Part shown: piece after piece, positions 37,881-50,096 of the stretch | Numbering within the stretch: the stretch's first letter is position 1 | Layout: each line of letters opens with the position of its first letter | DNA from: Octopus sinensis | Lineage: Eukaryota | NCBI RefSeq assembly: GCF_006345805.1 | Contig: NC_043011.1 | Span: 56,928,464 to 56,992,463 of the forward strand | DNA length: 64,000 bases | Reading direction: 5' to 3' | Program-made: the position numbers and the translations under genes | The notes under the pieces: generated by a model | What the model was told of the DNA's origin: nothing | What the model saw: the letters and a program-made list of their open reading frames with translations, nothing else | Database searches by the model: none

Positions 37881-38050
37881 ACTAGGGATATTGTCCACCC
37901 ATCTTGCTCGTGGTTTACCCCTCAGTCTCCTATCAGTTGGCTCAGCTTGAAGAATCTGTCTTGCAATCCTTTCTTGTGGCATTCTAGCCATGTCTGTCGT
38001 ACCAGAGCTGTGAGCTCCTAATTCTGAGATTTTATGGCTGAAAATCAATG
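37880..38050 (-). mobile_element. RTE LINE 3' coding fragment
   Basis: MARMPQERIARQILQAEPTDRRLRGKPRARWVDNI matches the RTE GHVxRMxxxRxxxxxxxxxxxGxRxRGRPxxRWxDxI motif. Confidence 0.7.
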
Positions 38051-40809
38051 CATTGGATCATGTAATTGTTGATACCATTAAAATGACTGGAATATCTTTG
38101 GTCATACATCTGTCTGCTTGATCAGAGCTTGTCTTGGAGTAATCAGCAATTGCTACTTCTGTGGCACTCACTATAGAAATATTCAGTGTAGTCTTGAGTT
38201 CAGCATGACCCTATCACTGTTACCATTACGAAGAACAATTGTTTGTTTTTTTAACCATTTGTTCTTTGATGACCTCTTAAGGCAGTCAACTTAATCCATC
38301 CACTGCCCAGTTTTAACATCACCACCAACGCCATCACCACCTCCACTATCAACACCACCACCATTAACAATACCACCATCTACAATACCATCACCATCAA
38401 CACCATCACCAGCCAGACCACCATCAGGCAGGGTTCACTCTGTCATGAGTATTTGGGACTTGCCTCCAGTTTGAAGAATGCCATAGTAAAATTTCCCAGG
38501 GATGCCCTCTGTCTGAAGGTTATGTAGTTAAGTGAAGACTAACATTCCCAATGTATGTATTCGACTGAAATTATGCTTATAATGTAAAGAAAATCAATCG
38601 TTAGTGTTGATGAGAACTTTTGCTAAAAACAAGGGAGACAATCCTGAAATGAAATCGGCTTGTTTCAGCTTCTCTAGATGTTCTTTTTACAGAGGTGTCT
38701 GTGGGAAGTTTTCATTGATATTTTCCATCCTGTATCTTGTATTTGCTTTTAGATGTTTTCTAAGCCAAGTATCATTCATACAGCAACCAGGTACTTTCTC
38801 TGACTCCTGTTTTCCATTCAAGCCCTGCAGGTGACCACAACTCACGTAACCCTAGCCCAGCCTACTTCAGACAATCTTTTCATTGTACTTGGAGGGTATG
38901 TCATGACACCTCATCACCATTCATCTCTCCTTTTTCAATGCTGCACAGCTCTTAATCGAGATCTCTTGTCTTGCACATCACTTGTTCTGTTGACACAAAA
39001 AATGTACCCAGATGTACACCGTGTAAAGTGATCGGCATTAAAAAAGGGACATCCAGTCATAGAAAGCAGACAATGGCGCTTGACACGTTCCTCTTACCTG
39101 TCGGATCCTCTCAAACCATCCACCCCATTCTAGCATGGAATAGAAATACTAAACGATGATGATGATGATGATGATATTTATTTTTAAACAGTGGTCGACT
39201 TTGTTTAGACATCAGCGTCAGGTTGCATGTATTATTTATAACTTACACAGGAAGACGCACTTCTCTTGCGAGACAAATTATATGCTTAATCAACTTTCTT
39301 ATTTGCATTCTCTACAATTTAATCAGAGGTTTTTTTTTTTTTATTCCACTATATTTCTGTTTATATTTCATATCATTTATTTATTTTTAACAAATTGTAA
39401 TCAGTTCACTTCACCTGTGTCTTTTCTGTCTCTCCCCTTCTTTCTCCTCTTCCTCTTCCTTCTATTATAATTCTGCAAGAAATGTTTATGTATGTTATTA
39501 AGTGAAACGATCTTTATAGTTGAAGTCAGAATAAATCTCCAAGTGTTGCCTGTGTTTTCACACCATACAACCCAGCACTCACTCAATAATTCCAGCATTT
39601 ATAATTATTTTGTTCCAATTTATATAACCTTTAATGTCTTCAATTACAGTATTGTTTCTTCAACCAATATGATTCATTTGTTCAATTATCCCAGCGACGC
39701 GTAACCTTCTTTTCTGGCTGTGACCCACAATATTTTCCCCCACATCACCCACGACCCACCCAATATCAACGAAATAAAACCAAAAATAAACGTTGAAGCA
39801 CAAATTTAATTCAAATTACAATTAAAGAAGAAAAAACACAAGCAAAATAGAGAATAATGATAATAAAACAATGCTATCTATAGCTGAAGGGTGAACTTAT
39901 GAAATTAAGTCAAAAAAACAAATTTAATAATTTGATCAAGAAAAAATTGCGATCAATATGCAAACAATTAAATAACATTTTACTAAATATGTAAATGTCA
40001 GCCAAGATGCACTGAGTGAGGCCCAATTCTGAGTCATGTGGCCCACCTTCTATATCATTGAATTGTGGTACAGATTCAAGAGACTCTGTATTAAATAAAA
40101 AGCCCTTTTTTTTTCTCTTCCAATTATTGCTTTTTATTTAATCCAATAACCCCTTTGTCTTTATTGTTACAGAAGGATATTAAAACAAATCTCTCTCTCA
40201 TTCTCTCTTTCTCGCTCTCTCTTTTTCTCTCTCTCTGTCTCTTTCTTGCTCTCTCTCTCTCTCACTCTCTCTCCATGTCTACAGTCATGGCCTTTTGTGC
40301 CAAAATCTAAAGATTCATGATCTTTCTTGGCCAACATACAGAAGTTGTGCTTTCTTGCTGTCTTCTGCTGTTTTTATTAGAGCTTCTGCTCTCACAAGTT
40401 TACCCTTCATATTCAGGGTTTGTTTAACTTCTAAATAGGGAGACTGGTTCATGTAACATCAAGTCATGTCCACACATTGACAGGTCCATGTGACACGTAT
40501 CTAGGGCTCAACACTTCTCCAAGTTCTGTAGTCTTAGCCAGAGGACTGTCCTCTCCTGTTTGACCCTCAACTGGGGCCCTTAACTGGTACAACTACAAGA
40601 GTGGGCCTTGGAGTAGCCGTGACTGAGAGATAACTCTGTATTCCCCCAAATTGCTGCACTCCCAAGCTGGAGCTTCATCAATAGATGTTTAATGTCTTGT
40701 TCAGGACAAATATAACAACAAAATAAAAATTTTTACTTGAATATAATCACAGTTTCAGGAAATATTCAGCTTCTTTGTAACTTTTTTTTTATGTTTCATC
40801 TTTTTTTTT

Positions 40810-40976
40810 ATTTCATTTGTTGGAGTGAGGCCATACTGGGGCACCACATTGAAAGATTTGGGTTGAACACATTGACTCCAATACTTATTTTAACAGACTC
40901 TTTTGCCAAACTGCTAAATTACAGGAATGTCAACTAACCAATATTAGTTGTCAAGCATTATACGTGTACCCCCATC

Positions 40977-41007
<31 letters not shown>

Positions 41008-41155
41008 ACAAGCTTCCTCATAGTTTCCATCTATCCAATTCTCTCATATAGCATTATGAGACTATAGCAAAAGACACTTGCTCAAGGTACTGCACTGAGG
41101 GACTGAACCTGAAACCACATGGTTACAAAATGAGCTTCTGAACCACTCAACCAGG
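40810..41155 (-). mobile_element. Family A SINE, decayed
   Basis: 3' half, (TA)n, head (AAGACACTTGCTCAAGG..GGGACTGAACCTGAAACCACATGG). Confidence 0.7.
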
Positions 41156-42444
41156 CTTAATTTTTAATGAAATTCTACAAAGAGACATCTTCAAAGATGC
41201 AGATTTATAATCAAATTGTTGAAATGTTTTTTTTAACTTGTTTTGATTTATTTTTCTTTTATTGTAAAAACATTTTTGTTAAGCGATCTTCCAAATACCA
41301 ACTTGATAATGGAAACAGATATTTTGCATAATTCTTCCAAATTCGTGATTTATTTCAAAATCAACCGAAATACAAAATGTAACGGAAATAAAAATTGCTT
41401 TATCTACTCCACGAAACAGTTGAAGTACATTTTGTCTGTTTTCTGATTTATGAGGAGGCAGTGTAGATGTTAGTTGAAAACTGTGTGAAAGATCAGAGCA
41501 TAATTTGGTAAAACAGTGTTCAGTGAGGAAATAACAGTTGGTTAGATCTCAGGAGACAGACTGTTCTCTGTGCTCTCAGCAGGAATTTAACTTTAAACTC
41601 TCTGGTTTAGAACTCTAAGCAATCAACTGCATCGGTCTATCATAATTGAAAAGTTAAATGGTGTTTGCATTTCAGTGCAGTTTCTCTTGAAGTTGATAAT
41701 ATATTACCTTTCATCTCAATATTAGTTTAGAAAATTTGTTGATGAAGAAGAGGGCTTAAAAAAAATTACATTTGTACTGAAAATGTCATTCTTATTTTAC
41801 TTTTTTCCTCTTCTTTTTTTTTTTAAAGCATTTCTCTCTAAGTGGATATTTTTCATAAATTTATGCATCAATATATTTGTTGTTGTTTAACCCTAAAATA
41901 GTCATGATCATAGTCACATCTATGATCAAAAGCCATTCCAGCTATGATCATCCTGTCCCGTTTTATATTTTGTTTTGCTTTTAGATATAGTGCATGTATG
42001 ACTACATTATCTAACATGTTGTTTTTAGGCGGTGGAGTATGATTCGAGGAAGATTTGACTGCTCTTTCTTGCAGCTCACAAAGCAACCCTCCCTCCACCC
42101 CACCTCCACCCCCATCACCACCACCTTAGAGGAAATCATCTTGTTTTTACAGCTGAATGCTCTTCATTTTGCCAATCATCCAAGTGTATCATAGAGACTG
42201 AGACAAACAGAGTCATGTGCTTTGATCAGGAGCACACAACACTGACTGGACAAGCAAAGTGTGATGTTTATGGTGATGCCATCAACAGTGCAGCTTCTTA
42301 ACCTTTCAGCCGTTGTGTCTTGTTTGTCAAACAGAAATGAGAAGAAACAAACTTTTAAATAAATATTAACGTCTTTCCTCGGGCAGATGGCCAACTTTTG
42401 TTGGGAAAAGAGTTGATTGAATTCAGAAAAGTATATTAGTGCAC

Positions 42445-42600
42445 GCACGACCGTGTGGTTAAGAAGCTTGCTTTGTAACTACATGGTTCTGGGTTCAGTC
42501 CCACTGGGGTATACCTAGAGCAAAGTGTCTTTTACTATAGCCCCAGACTGACCAATGCCTTTAGTGAATTTGGTTGATGTAAAACCTCAAGGAAATTTAC
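42445..42600 (+). mobile_element. Family A SINE head
   Basis: GACCGTGTGGTTAAGAAGCTTGCT..GGGTTCAGTCCCACTG..CTTTTACTATAGCCCCAGACTGACC. Confidence 0.7.
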
Positions 42601-42638
42601 CATATATATATATATGTATGTATGTATGTATATATATA

Positions 42639-43570
42639 CAATTTCAACTCCCGCTCGATGACCGCAGCAAGTTCTTAAAAAATTTATCTTACTATATTTT
42701 TTTTATTCGTTGTTAATACGTTTATTCATACACTGTTACGAAAATTTAACCTTTTTTAAGATACTTTCAAGCCTTCGCCATAACTTGATTTATCTTCCTA
42801 TCTCTCTCTCTACAATATTTAACCGCAGGCTGCCTCAAGCCGTAATCCCATCTTTTTCCCATCTTTCAGTCATTGGCGGTCTTCTTTTTCCTCCTCTTCT
42901 TCTTCATATGCTAAAACTTGAAAACCGCCATTACTATTACTATTACGATTCTGCAATTTAAATTCCCAGTTCAACTACTTTCTTCTTCAATTTCAACTCC
43001 CGCTCGATGACCGCAGCAAGTTCTTAAAAAATTTATCTTACTATATTTTTTTATTCGTTGTAATACGTTTATTCATACACTGTTACGAAAATTTAACCTT
43101 TTTTAAGATACTTTCAAGCCTTCGCCATAACTTGATTTATCTTCCTATCTCTCTCTCTACAATATTAACCGCAGGCTGCCTCAAGCCGTAATCCCATCTT
43201 TTTCCCATCTTTCAGTCATTGGCGGTCTTCTTTTTCCTCCTCTTCTTCTTCATATGCTAAAACTTGAAAACCGCCATTACTATTACTATTACGATTCTGC
43301 AATTTAAATTCCCAGTTCAACTACTTTCTTCTTCAATTTCAACTCCGCTCGATGACCGCAGCAAGTTCTTAAAAAATTTATCTTACTATATTTTTTTATT
43401 CGTTGTTAATACGTTTATTCATACACTGTTACGAAAATTTAACCTTTTTTAAGATACTTTCAAGCCTTCGCCATAACTTGATTTATCTTCCTATCTCTCT
43501 CTACAATATTTAACCGCAGGCTGCCTCAAGCCGTAATCCATCTTTTTCCCATCTTTCAGTCATTGGCGGT
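42639..43570. repeat. Tandem array, unit about 347-349 bp, 2.7 copies
   Basis: Units start at 42639, 42988 and 43334 (CAATTTCAACTCC(C)GCTCGATGACCGCAGC); the differences I found are all 1-bp indels. Confidence 0.95.
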
Positions 43571-43884
43571 GCGCCCGCCCCCCACCCCCACCACAATACC
43601 GTTGAACACTGTTCTCACCCCCACCACCAATACCGTTGAACACTGTTCTCACCCCCCCACCACCAATACCAGTATACCCCGTTCTCTCTATCTACACCGG
43701 ATACACCTTACTCATCTACACTGGGTACGCCCTACTCCCTCCTCCTCCTCCCACTACCACTTCTCCTCATATGCTTAAGACAAGCTGCTAGCGCCATAGC
43801 TCATCAACTGCCCACCGATCTTACGCTTCCTCCTGACACTGCCTCAATCCGACCATCCCCTTTTAGTACCCTCCCGCCTCGTCA

Positions 43885-43947
43885 CCTACCCATTCTAAGT
43901 ACCCCCCTACCCATTCTAAGTACCCCCCTACCCATTCTAAGTACCCC
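43885..43947. repeat. Perfect 21-bp x3 minisatellite (CCTACCCATTCTAAGTACCCC)
   Basis: Directly visible within a C-rich segment. Confidence 0.9.
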
Positions 43948-43989
43948 GGATCCCCAAAATACCCCAGTCCCCAAAGTACCCCGGACCTC

Positions 43990-44247
43990 GTTGCCCCCGT
44001 GCCGCTGACACGTTAAAATGCTCGAATCCGATCGTGACGATGCCGGACCCTCCGGCCCCTGTGCAGGTGGCACGTAAAAAGCACCCAATCCACTCACGGA
44101 GTGGTTGGCGTTAGGAAGGGCATCCAGCCGTAGAAACTCTGCCAGATTCAGACTGGAGCCTGGAGCGGCCCCTGGCTTCCCAGACCCGGTCAAACCGTCC
44201 AACCCGTGCTAGCGCGGAAAGCGGACGTTAAACGATGATGATGATGA
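43990..44247 (+). mobile_element. Young, CpG-rich family D element ending in (GAT)n
   Basis: GGCACGTAAAAAGCACCC..GGTTGGCGTTAGGAAGGGCATCCAGCCGTAGAAA..CGGACGTTAAACGATGATGATGATGAT. The tail resembles RTE-type 3' ends. Confidence 0.85.
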
Positions 44248-44337
44248 TATATATGTGTGTGTGTATATATATATGTATGTATATATATGTGTGTGTGTAT
44301 ATATGTATGTATGCATATATATATATGTGTGTGTGTG

Positions 44338-44376
<39 letters not shown>

Positions 44377-44387
44377 CTGTGTGTGTG

Positions 44388-44419
<32 letters not shown>

Positions 44420-44429
44420 CGCACACACG

Positions 44430-44652
44430 CAGGGTGGTGCAAAAGTTTGGACCCATAGGCAATTTATTATATAACAATTTGTGGTTTACAAGTTCTACTC
44501 TTTCTAATATTGTTAGCTTTTCTGCCATGGCTACTAATCTGAAAGACAGAAAAATAAAATTAGATATGATAATTAAATCATCAAAATCATGTTAAAGATG
44601 AGAAATACTTTTCTGTAATTTCTCTATGGGTCCAGACTTTTGCACCACCCTA
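44430..44652. mobile_element. Tc1/mariner-type MITE
   Basis: 28-bp terminal inverted repeats AGGGTGGTGCAAAAGTTTGGACCCATAG / CTATGGGTCCAGACTTTTGCACCACCCT with one mismatch; inserted in (TA/CA)n; TA duplication not clean. Confidence 0.8.
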
Positions 44653-44669
44653 TATGTATATATATGTGT

Positions 44670-44870
44670 GTGACCGCGTGTGTACCGTTGGCGATTTTTT
44701 TCCTCCGTCTTCTCTTCTCTAGATCTTTCCTTTTCCTATATTTCTGACGAAGAGCTCCATTCGAAACGTAAAACCCTCTTTCTTCCCTTCCTTCCTGAGC
44801 GTCCAATAATATATATTTGGTTCCACGTCCTCGTGTTGTTGTGTTTTTCTTTGTGTTTTCATGTTTGGAT

Positions 44871-44880
<10 letters not shown>
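44670..44880 (+). mobile_element. Family H1 repeat with hammerhead-like motif (core intact)
   Basis: TTT-CTGACGA-AGAGC-TCC-ATTC-GAAACGT-A-AAAC at 44741-44774; flanked by (TA/TG)n. Confidence 0.55.
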
Positions 44881-44925
<45 letters not shown>

Positions 44926-44934
44926 CATATATAA

Positions 44935-45066
44935 GGGCATCCAGCTGTAGAAACACTGCCAGATCAGACTGGAGCCTGGTGCAGCCTTCTGGCTTCCCAG
45001 ACCCCGGTCGAACCGTCCAACTCGTGCTAGCACAGAAAACGGATGCTAAACGATTATGATGATGAT
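44935..45066 (+). mobile_element. Family D element, 3' part
   Basis: AAGGGCATCCAGCTGTAGAAAC..AACCGTCCAACTCGTGCTAGC..AAACGATTATGATGATGATG. Confidence 0.8.
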
Positions 45067-45817
45067 GTATGTATGTATGTGTGTACTCAGCTGAATATCT
45101 TGCACTTTGCTTGTCTTTGGGTTTCTTGGTACTGCTATCAACTTAGGACATGTGCACAGGCATTGCTGATACATCTGTTAGCGGTGGGAACGCTTGTCTA
45201 TGGAATAGATAGCCATCATGTATGTGTTGTGTTCGTTTATGTCCCCCATAACTTAGCTGTTTGGCAAAAGAGATCAATAAAATAAGTACCAGACTTTGAA
45301 AAAATATGTACCGGGGTTGATTTGTTAAAAAAAAAACCCTTCAAAGTGGTGCCCCATCATGGCTGCAGTCCAATGACTGAAACAAGTAAAAGGTAAAAAA
45401 AAGGCACCAGTACCTTATCAATATCTCCACTCCCCAACACTGAACCCCAGAAGAAGAAATAGTAAAATTGATTCCAGTGAGTCTTGAACTTAAATCCTTG
45501 AAGGGCAAAAGTACTTTAATATATTTCGATCAGCAGTGTACTCCACTAGAAAGGATCTTTCTATCTTAAATCAATTTATTGATTTCTAAACAATGAGCTG
45601 CTGGATGAGCCAGAATATAACGAAAATATGGAACTATGAAGCTCCGACAACAATTACATTGCAACAGCTCTTAGACTCTCAGAACTGCGAGATTTCCTTT
45701 TTTAAGTCTCTTTTTTTTTTCTCCATTTCTTCCCTTTTTTTTTTATTCTTTGTTACTTAAAACTTCCATATTTTTGACTTGTCATCCTAACAAATGTCTT
45801 TTTCCTGATATTTTCAG

Positions 45818-45851
45818 TGCCAAAGCCAGAACAAAGATCGGCAGCATCCTT
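45818..45851 (+). other. Candidate 34-nt internal exon of an unidentified + strand transcript
   Basis: Branch-point CCTAAC (A at 45790), pyrimidine tract, TTTTCAG acceptor, exon open in all three frames, GTAAGT donor at 45852; lies in non-repetitive sequence. Confidence 0.55.
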
Positions 45852-46734
45852 GTAAGTATGAATGTTTCTCTCCTCCTCTTACAGAAATATGCATTGGAAT
45901 CACAATACTGTCAGTTAACCCCTCTGTACATGTCCATCTGTTCTTTATTTTGGGCAGTATTGATATTTTAGTGAAAAGAAAAGGACTTTTCAGAATGTTC
46001 AGGAGACGTTTGGCATAGTCATTTTGGTGCCACTCTCTCTTCCTCCCACCCCCCTCTCTCTTTCCATCTCTATGCATATATTTCTGCATGCATGTGTGTG
46101 TGTGCCTCTAACACCAAAACATACTGTCTCTAAAGCAGGTTGAGCATTCAGTCAGCTGTGCCAACAGATTACCAGCATCCAAACAGCTGCACCAAATCAT
46201 CTCATTTTGTTTCAGCGCTTCGAGGACTGGTAGGAGCAAGTTGTCCCAAGGCCTGCAACTGTCCTTGAATGCTTACAACAGAGTGGATTCTGCTAAGAGC
46301 AACCACCAAAGTTTGGATGAAAAAAAACAAACTTAACCAACAATCGATTCCAACATGACCATCTCCCTGGCCTTTGATTGCTTTTAACAGAATTTCCCTG
46401 TTAAAAGCATTCAAGCCCAGTCAGTGGTCTGTGGATAAATTTTCCATCACCATTTTCGGAGGCTCTGGAAAAGGATCACAGGCCCAGCTGTTCTTTTTTC
46501 TTTTGACTTAGCTACTGTGTAACCCACTTAACAACCAACATTTGGCTGGTTTGTATTATGTCATCAGCATTGTGTCATGTCCACAGTTAAACACTTAAAC
46601 CACAAATGGCCTCATCCACCTCGTTGATAAAGATACTACATGGTAGAAAAGAATTACTGTGCCATGTGACAGCATTGTAAAATTGGGTCATAATATAGAC
46701 GAAAGGCAACAAATTTTGGAAAAGGTACAAAGTC

Positions 46735-46880
46735 AATTTACTCAGCAGTATTTCCTTTATTAGCCCCGTAAGGATGAAAGGCAAAATCAGATCTGGTAGG
46801 ATTTGAACTCATAACATAAAGAAGCATAACTAAATAGAGCATTGCATTTTGTCTGTCACTGTACTGATTCTGCCAGTCCA
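46735..46880 (-). mobile_element. Family C SINE, decayed
   Basis: GGATGAAAGGCAAAA..GGATTTGAACTCA..GATTCTGCCAG. Confidence 0.6.
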
Positions 46881-48749
46881 CCAGCTGAAGGTTTGGCAGC
46901 TCTTTCTAGCAGATTGAGTGACTGTGTGGCAGAACCTTGTAAGTAGGTGTTGCATGTTTGTATAATTTACTACTCCAAGAAGTGCAGAGTTCAATTCCTA
47001 TTATTGGGAAAGCTGCCTGTTACAGATCAACGTCCTGTGTGTAAGTGTGTGTGTGTGTGTGTGCATCCATATCCTGTCCAAACATAAAAACAATGAGAGT
47101 GTTGTGGTGTTTCCTTCCATGTTACGTGATACAAAAAGCAGCAGCAGCAATAACAACCTAACACTTGACGCGATGTTGTTAACAGCAGACATCAATGGTG
47201 TTAACGCTTGATAGGAACACTTGTCACTTGTCACTTGATATGAGGAGTGTTTGCAGGAGACAACAGCAATCTGAACAGTATGTAATTTATATGGAAGCAT
47301 GTTTATAGTTTATAACATATAAATACAGTTTAAGCATTTGTAATCTTTCTAAGTATGTTAAATCTTAACAACAGATAGGAACAGCTAGTTTTAACATGGA
47401 TGACACAAGATCTCATCATCAGCATCAGCATCAGCAACATCCACTTTGAATGTTTGCAGAAGTCAGACAGAAATTGTTGAGGCAGATATTCTATGGCCAG
47501 GTGCTCTTCCTGTCACTAACTCTCACCTGTTGACAACCATCACATGACATTAAGACAACGGTATATACACACAAAAGGGAATAAAATAAGTTGTAAATGC
47601 ATTGTGTATATAAAAAGATTTATTTATATTAATATACATAACCGGTTTCATATTTGTATTACTTTCAAAATTATAAGATTTGAGTGACATAGAGCTGTAT
47701 CATTTCTAGCCATTGTTTAAAAAGTTGTTCATTTCTGTAGAGTGTAAATGTGGTTTAGATCTGTCAGTTGACATACAGATTGATTGGTTAAGGATAGTCG
47801 TGTGGTGCTGTAAGGGGATTTATTTGGTCAGTTCTCTGCTACATCCATGTATTATAGTTGTGCAATAGCCATGTTAAAGGTTTAGTCAAGTAGATTTTAG
47901 TCTGGTAATTGTATCAAGTAGATGTTTGAGCAGCTGTTATCTTAATTAGGTGTGGTGTAGTAGGTTTTTTTTAAGTGATGTATACATCACTTTGGTGAAT
48001 AATGAGTCATTCTTACAATTTTGCAAATGTGACCAATTCTTATAATAAAACAGTTGAAGAAGAAATGTTACTTTTAAACTATTTAACATGTGTATATAAC
48101 TTCAGTTAAAAATTACTGAGAAACCACAAGTGAATAAAAAATAATTTTGTTCCTAAGTTTTCACATTGGATACAGTGAAAATTACATGGGACAAACCAGG
48201 CTCACCTTGAGAATGAGATTAATAATTCATCAACAACAAATACAAGATACCAAGACTAGACAAATCTCATCCAGTTAACATTGGAGCATATGTGCTACAA
48301 TCAAATCCCCCAAATTCTTAGTCTTCTCACTTTATCAATGTGCAGACAGTACCACAGACCAAACATAATTAAGAAAGAATTTGACTAAATCCTTTAAGGT
48401 GATGTCCCAGCATGGCCATGGCCCAGTGACTGAAACAAGTAGAATAGATTAAAAAAATAAAGACTATTTGCCATTTTTGTGTGGTTTGGTGGGGGTGTGT
48501 GAAGGAATCTGTCTGATACTGTTATGAAGTGTACTCCAGTCTGTTGATTAAACATGTTATGAGATCCTGAAATGCTGTCAACATTTGTAATACTTGTAAT
48601 ATTTGGGAATAATCAATACATTTTTCTAGCATTACTTAGACACTTATCCGTTAACGTTTCTATGAATTTTAAAAAAAAATTTGATTTGCCGTTTGTTAAT
48701 TATTGTTATTAGATATTGCTGTCGTTGATGCCGTTGTTGTCACCACTGG

Positions 48750-49021
48750 CATTACCATCATCATCATCATCTGTATTATTATTATTATCATTATTATTAT
48801 TATTATCATCATCATCATTATTATTATTATCATTATTATTATTATTATTATCATCATCATCATCATCATCAATATTATTATTATTATTATTATCATTATT
48901 ATCATCATTATTATTATCATTATTATTATTATCATTATTATTATTGTTATCATTATTATCATTATTATTATCATCATTATTATCATTATTATTATTACTA
49001 TTATCATTATTATTATTATCA

Positions 49022-49064
<43 letters not shown>

Positions 49065-49102
49065 CATCATCATCATCATTATCATCATCATCATCATCAT
49101 CA

Positions 49103-49134
<32 letters not shown>

Positions 49135-49135
49135 G
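48750..49135. repeat. Long in-phase (ATT/ATC)n trinucleotide array
   Basis: About 130 triplets; source of the poly-Ile, poly-Met and poly-Leu/Ser ORFs. Confidence 0.95.
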
Positions 49136-49320
49136 CAGAATTGTTAGCAAGTCAGACAAAATTCTTAGTGGCATTTTGTCTGGCTGTACATTCTGAGTTT
49201 GAATTCCACTGAGATCAACTTTGCCTTGCATTCTTTTGGGATTGATAAAATAAGTACCAGTTGATCACTTGGCTCCCTCCCAAAGAGTTTCAGGCCTTTT
49301 GCCTGTATAATAGAAAGGAT
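49134..49320 (+). mobile_element. Family C SINE abutting the (ATT)n array
   Basis: GCAGAATTGTTAGC..TTCTGAGTTTGAATTCC..GATAAAATAAGTACCAG..AATAGAAAGGATTGTT. Confidence 0.75.
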
Positions 49321-49579
49321 TGTTGTCATTATAATAACAGGCCCACATTGATCATATCAGTGGAATGATGTCTTGTAATCCATTAGTCTACATCTTCTCC
49401 TCAACTCACAAGAACTATGCCAAAGATCTAAAATAGCAGCTATCAGTTTTCTGCTAATTGAGATTTCAAATTGAGCAGTTGAAGTGATCTCTCAATCCCC
49501 TAAACTGCTTGTTTTCAGTTTCTTTCCTTTTATTTCTATTACCACAAATATATTTCTCAAGATATATTTCTCTAGATCT

Positions 49580-50096
49580 CCCATGTCGGTGGCACTTAAA
49601 AAGCACTATCCAATCATGATCGATGCCAGGACTACCTGACTAGCCTGTAAAAAGCACCATTCAAACATGGCTGATACCAGTACCCCACATCTAGCTCCTG
49701 TGCTGGTGGCATGTAAAAAGCACTATCCAAACGTGATTGATGCTAGGCTAGCCTGACTGGCTCCTGTGCTGGTGGCACATAAAAAGCACCATCCGAATGT
49801 GGCCGATACCAGTACCCCATGACTAGCTCCCATGCCAATGTCACATAAAAAGTACTATCTGAACGTGATCAATGCTAGTTCCGCCTGACTGACTCCTGTG
49901 CCAGTGGCACATAAAAAGCACTCACTACACACTCAGAGTGGTTGGTGTTAGGAAGGGCATCCAACTGTAGAAACATTGCCAGATCAGATTGGAGCCTGGT
50001 GCAGCCACTGGCTCTCCAGACCTCAGTCAAACCGTCCAACCCATGCCAGCATGGAAAACAGACGTTAAACAATGATGATGATGATTTCTGACAAAG
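49580..50096 (+). mobile_element. Family D element with an expanded 5' minisatellite of about 65-bp units
   Basis: Six TAAAAAG(C/T)AC anchors at 49590-49925 followed by the standard D body and (GAT)n tail. Confidence 0.85.

Noticed and set aside
39251-39289. Terminal exon candidate EDALLLRDKLYA*
   Set aside because: Only 12 codons behind a modest acceptor; expected by chance in 64 kb.
48696-49212. Poly-Ile, poly-Met and poly-Leu/Ser ORFs of 136-169 aa
   Set aside because: Frames of the (ATT/ATC)n array.
49580-49930. CRISPR-like repeat-spacer array
   Set aside because: The anchor is only about 10-17 bp, the spacers are homologous to each other in alternation, the array lies inside a eukaryotic retroposon, and there are no cas genes.
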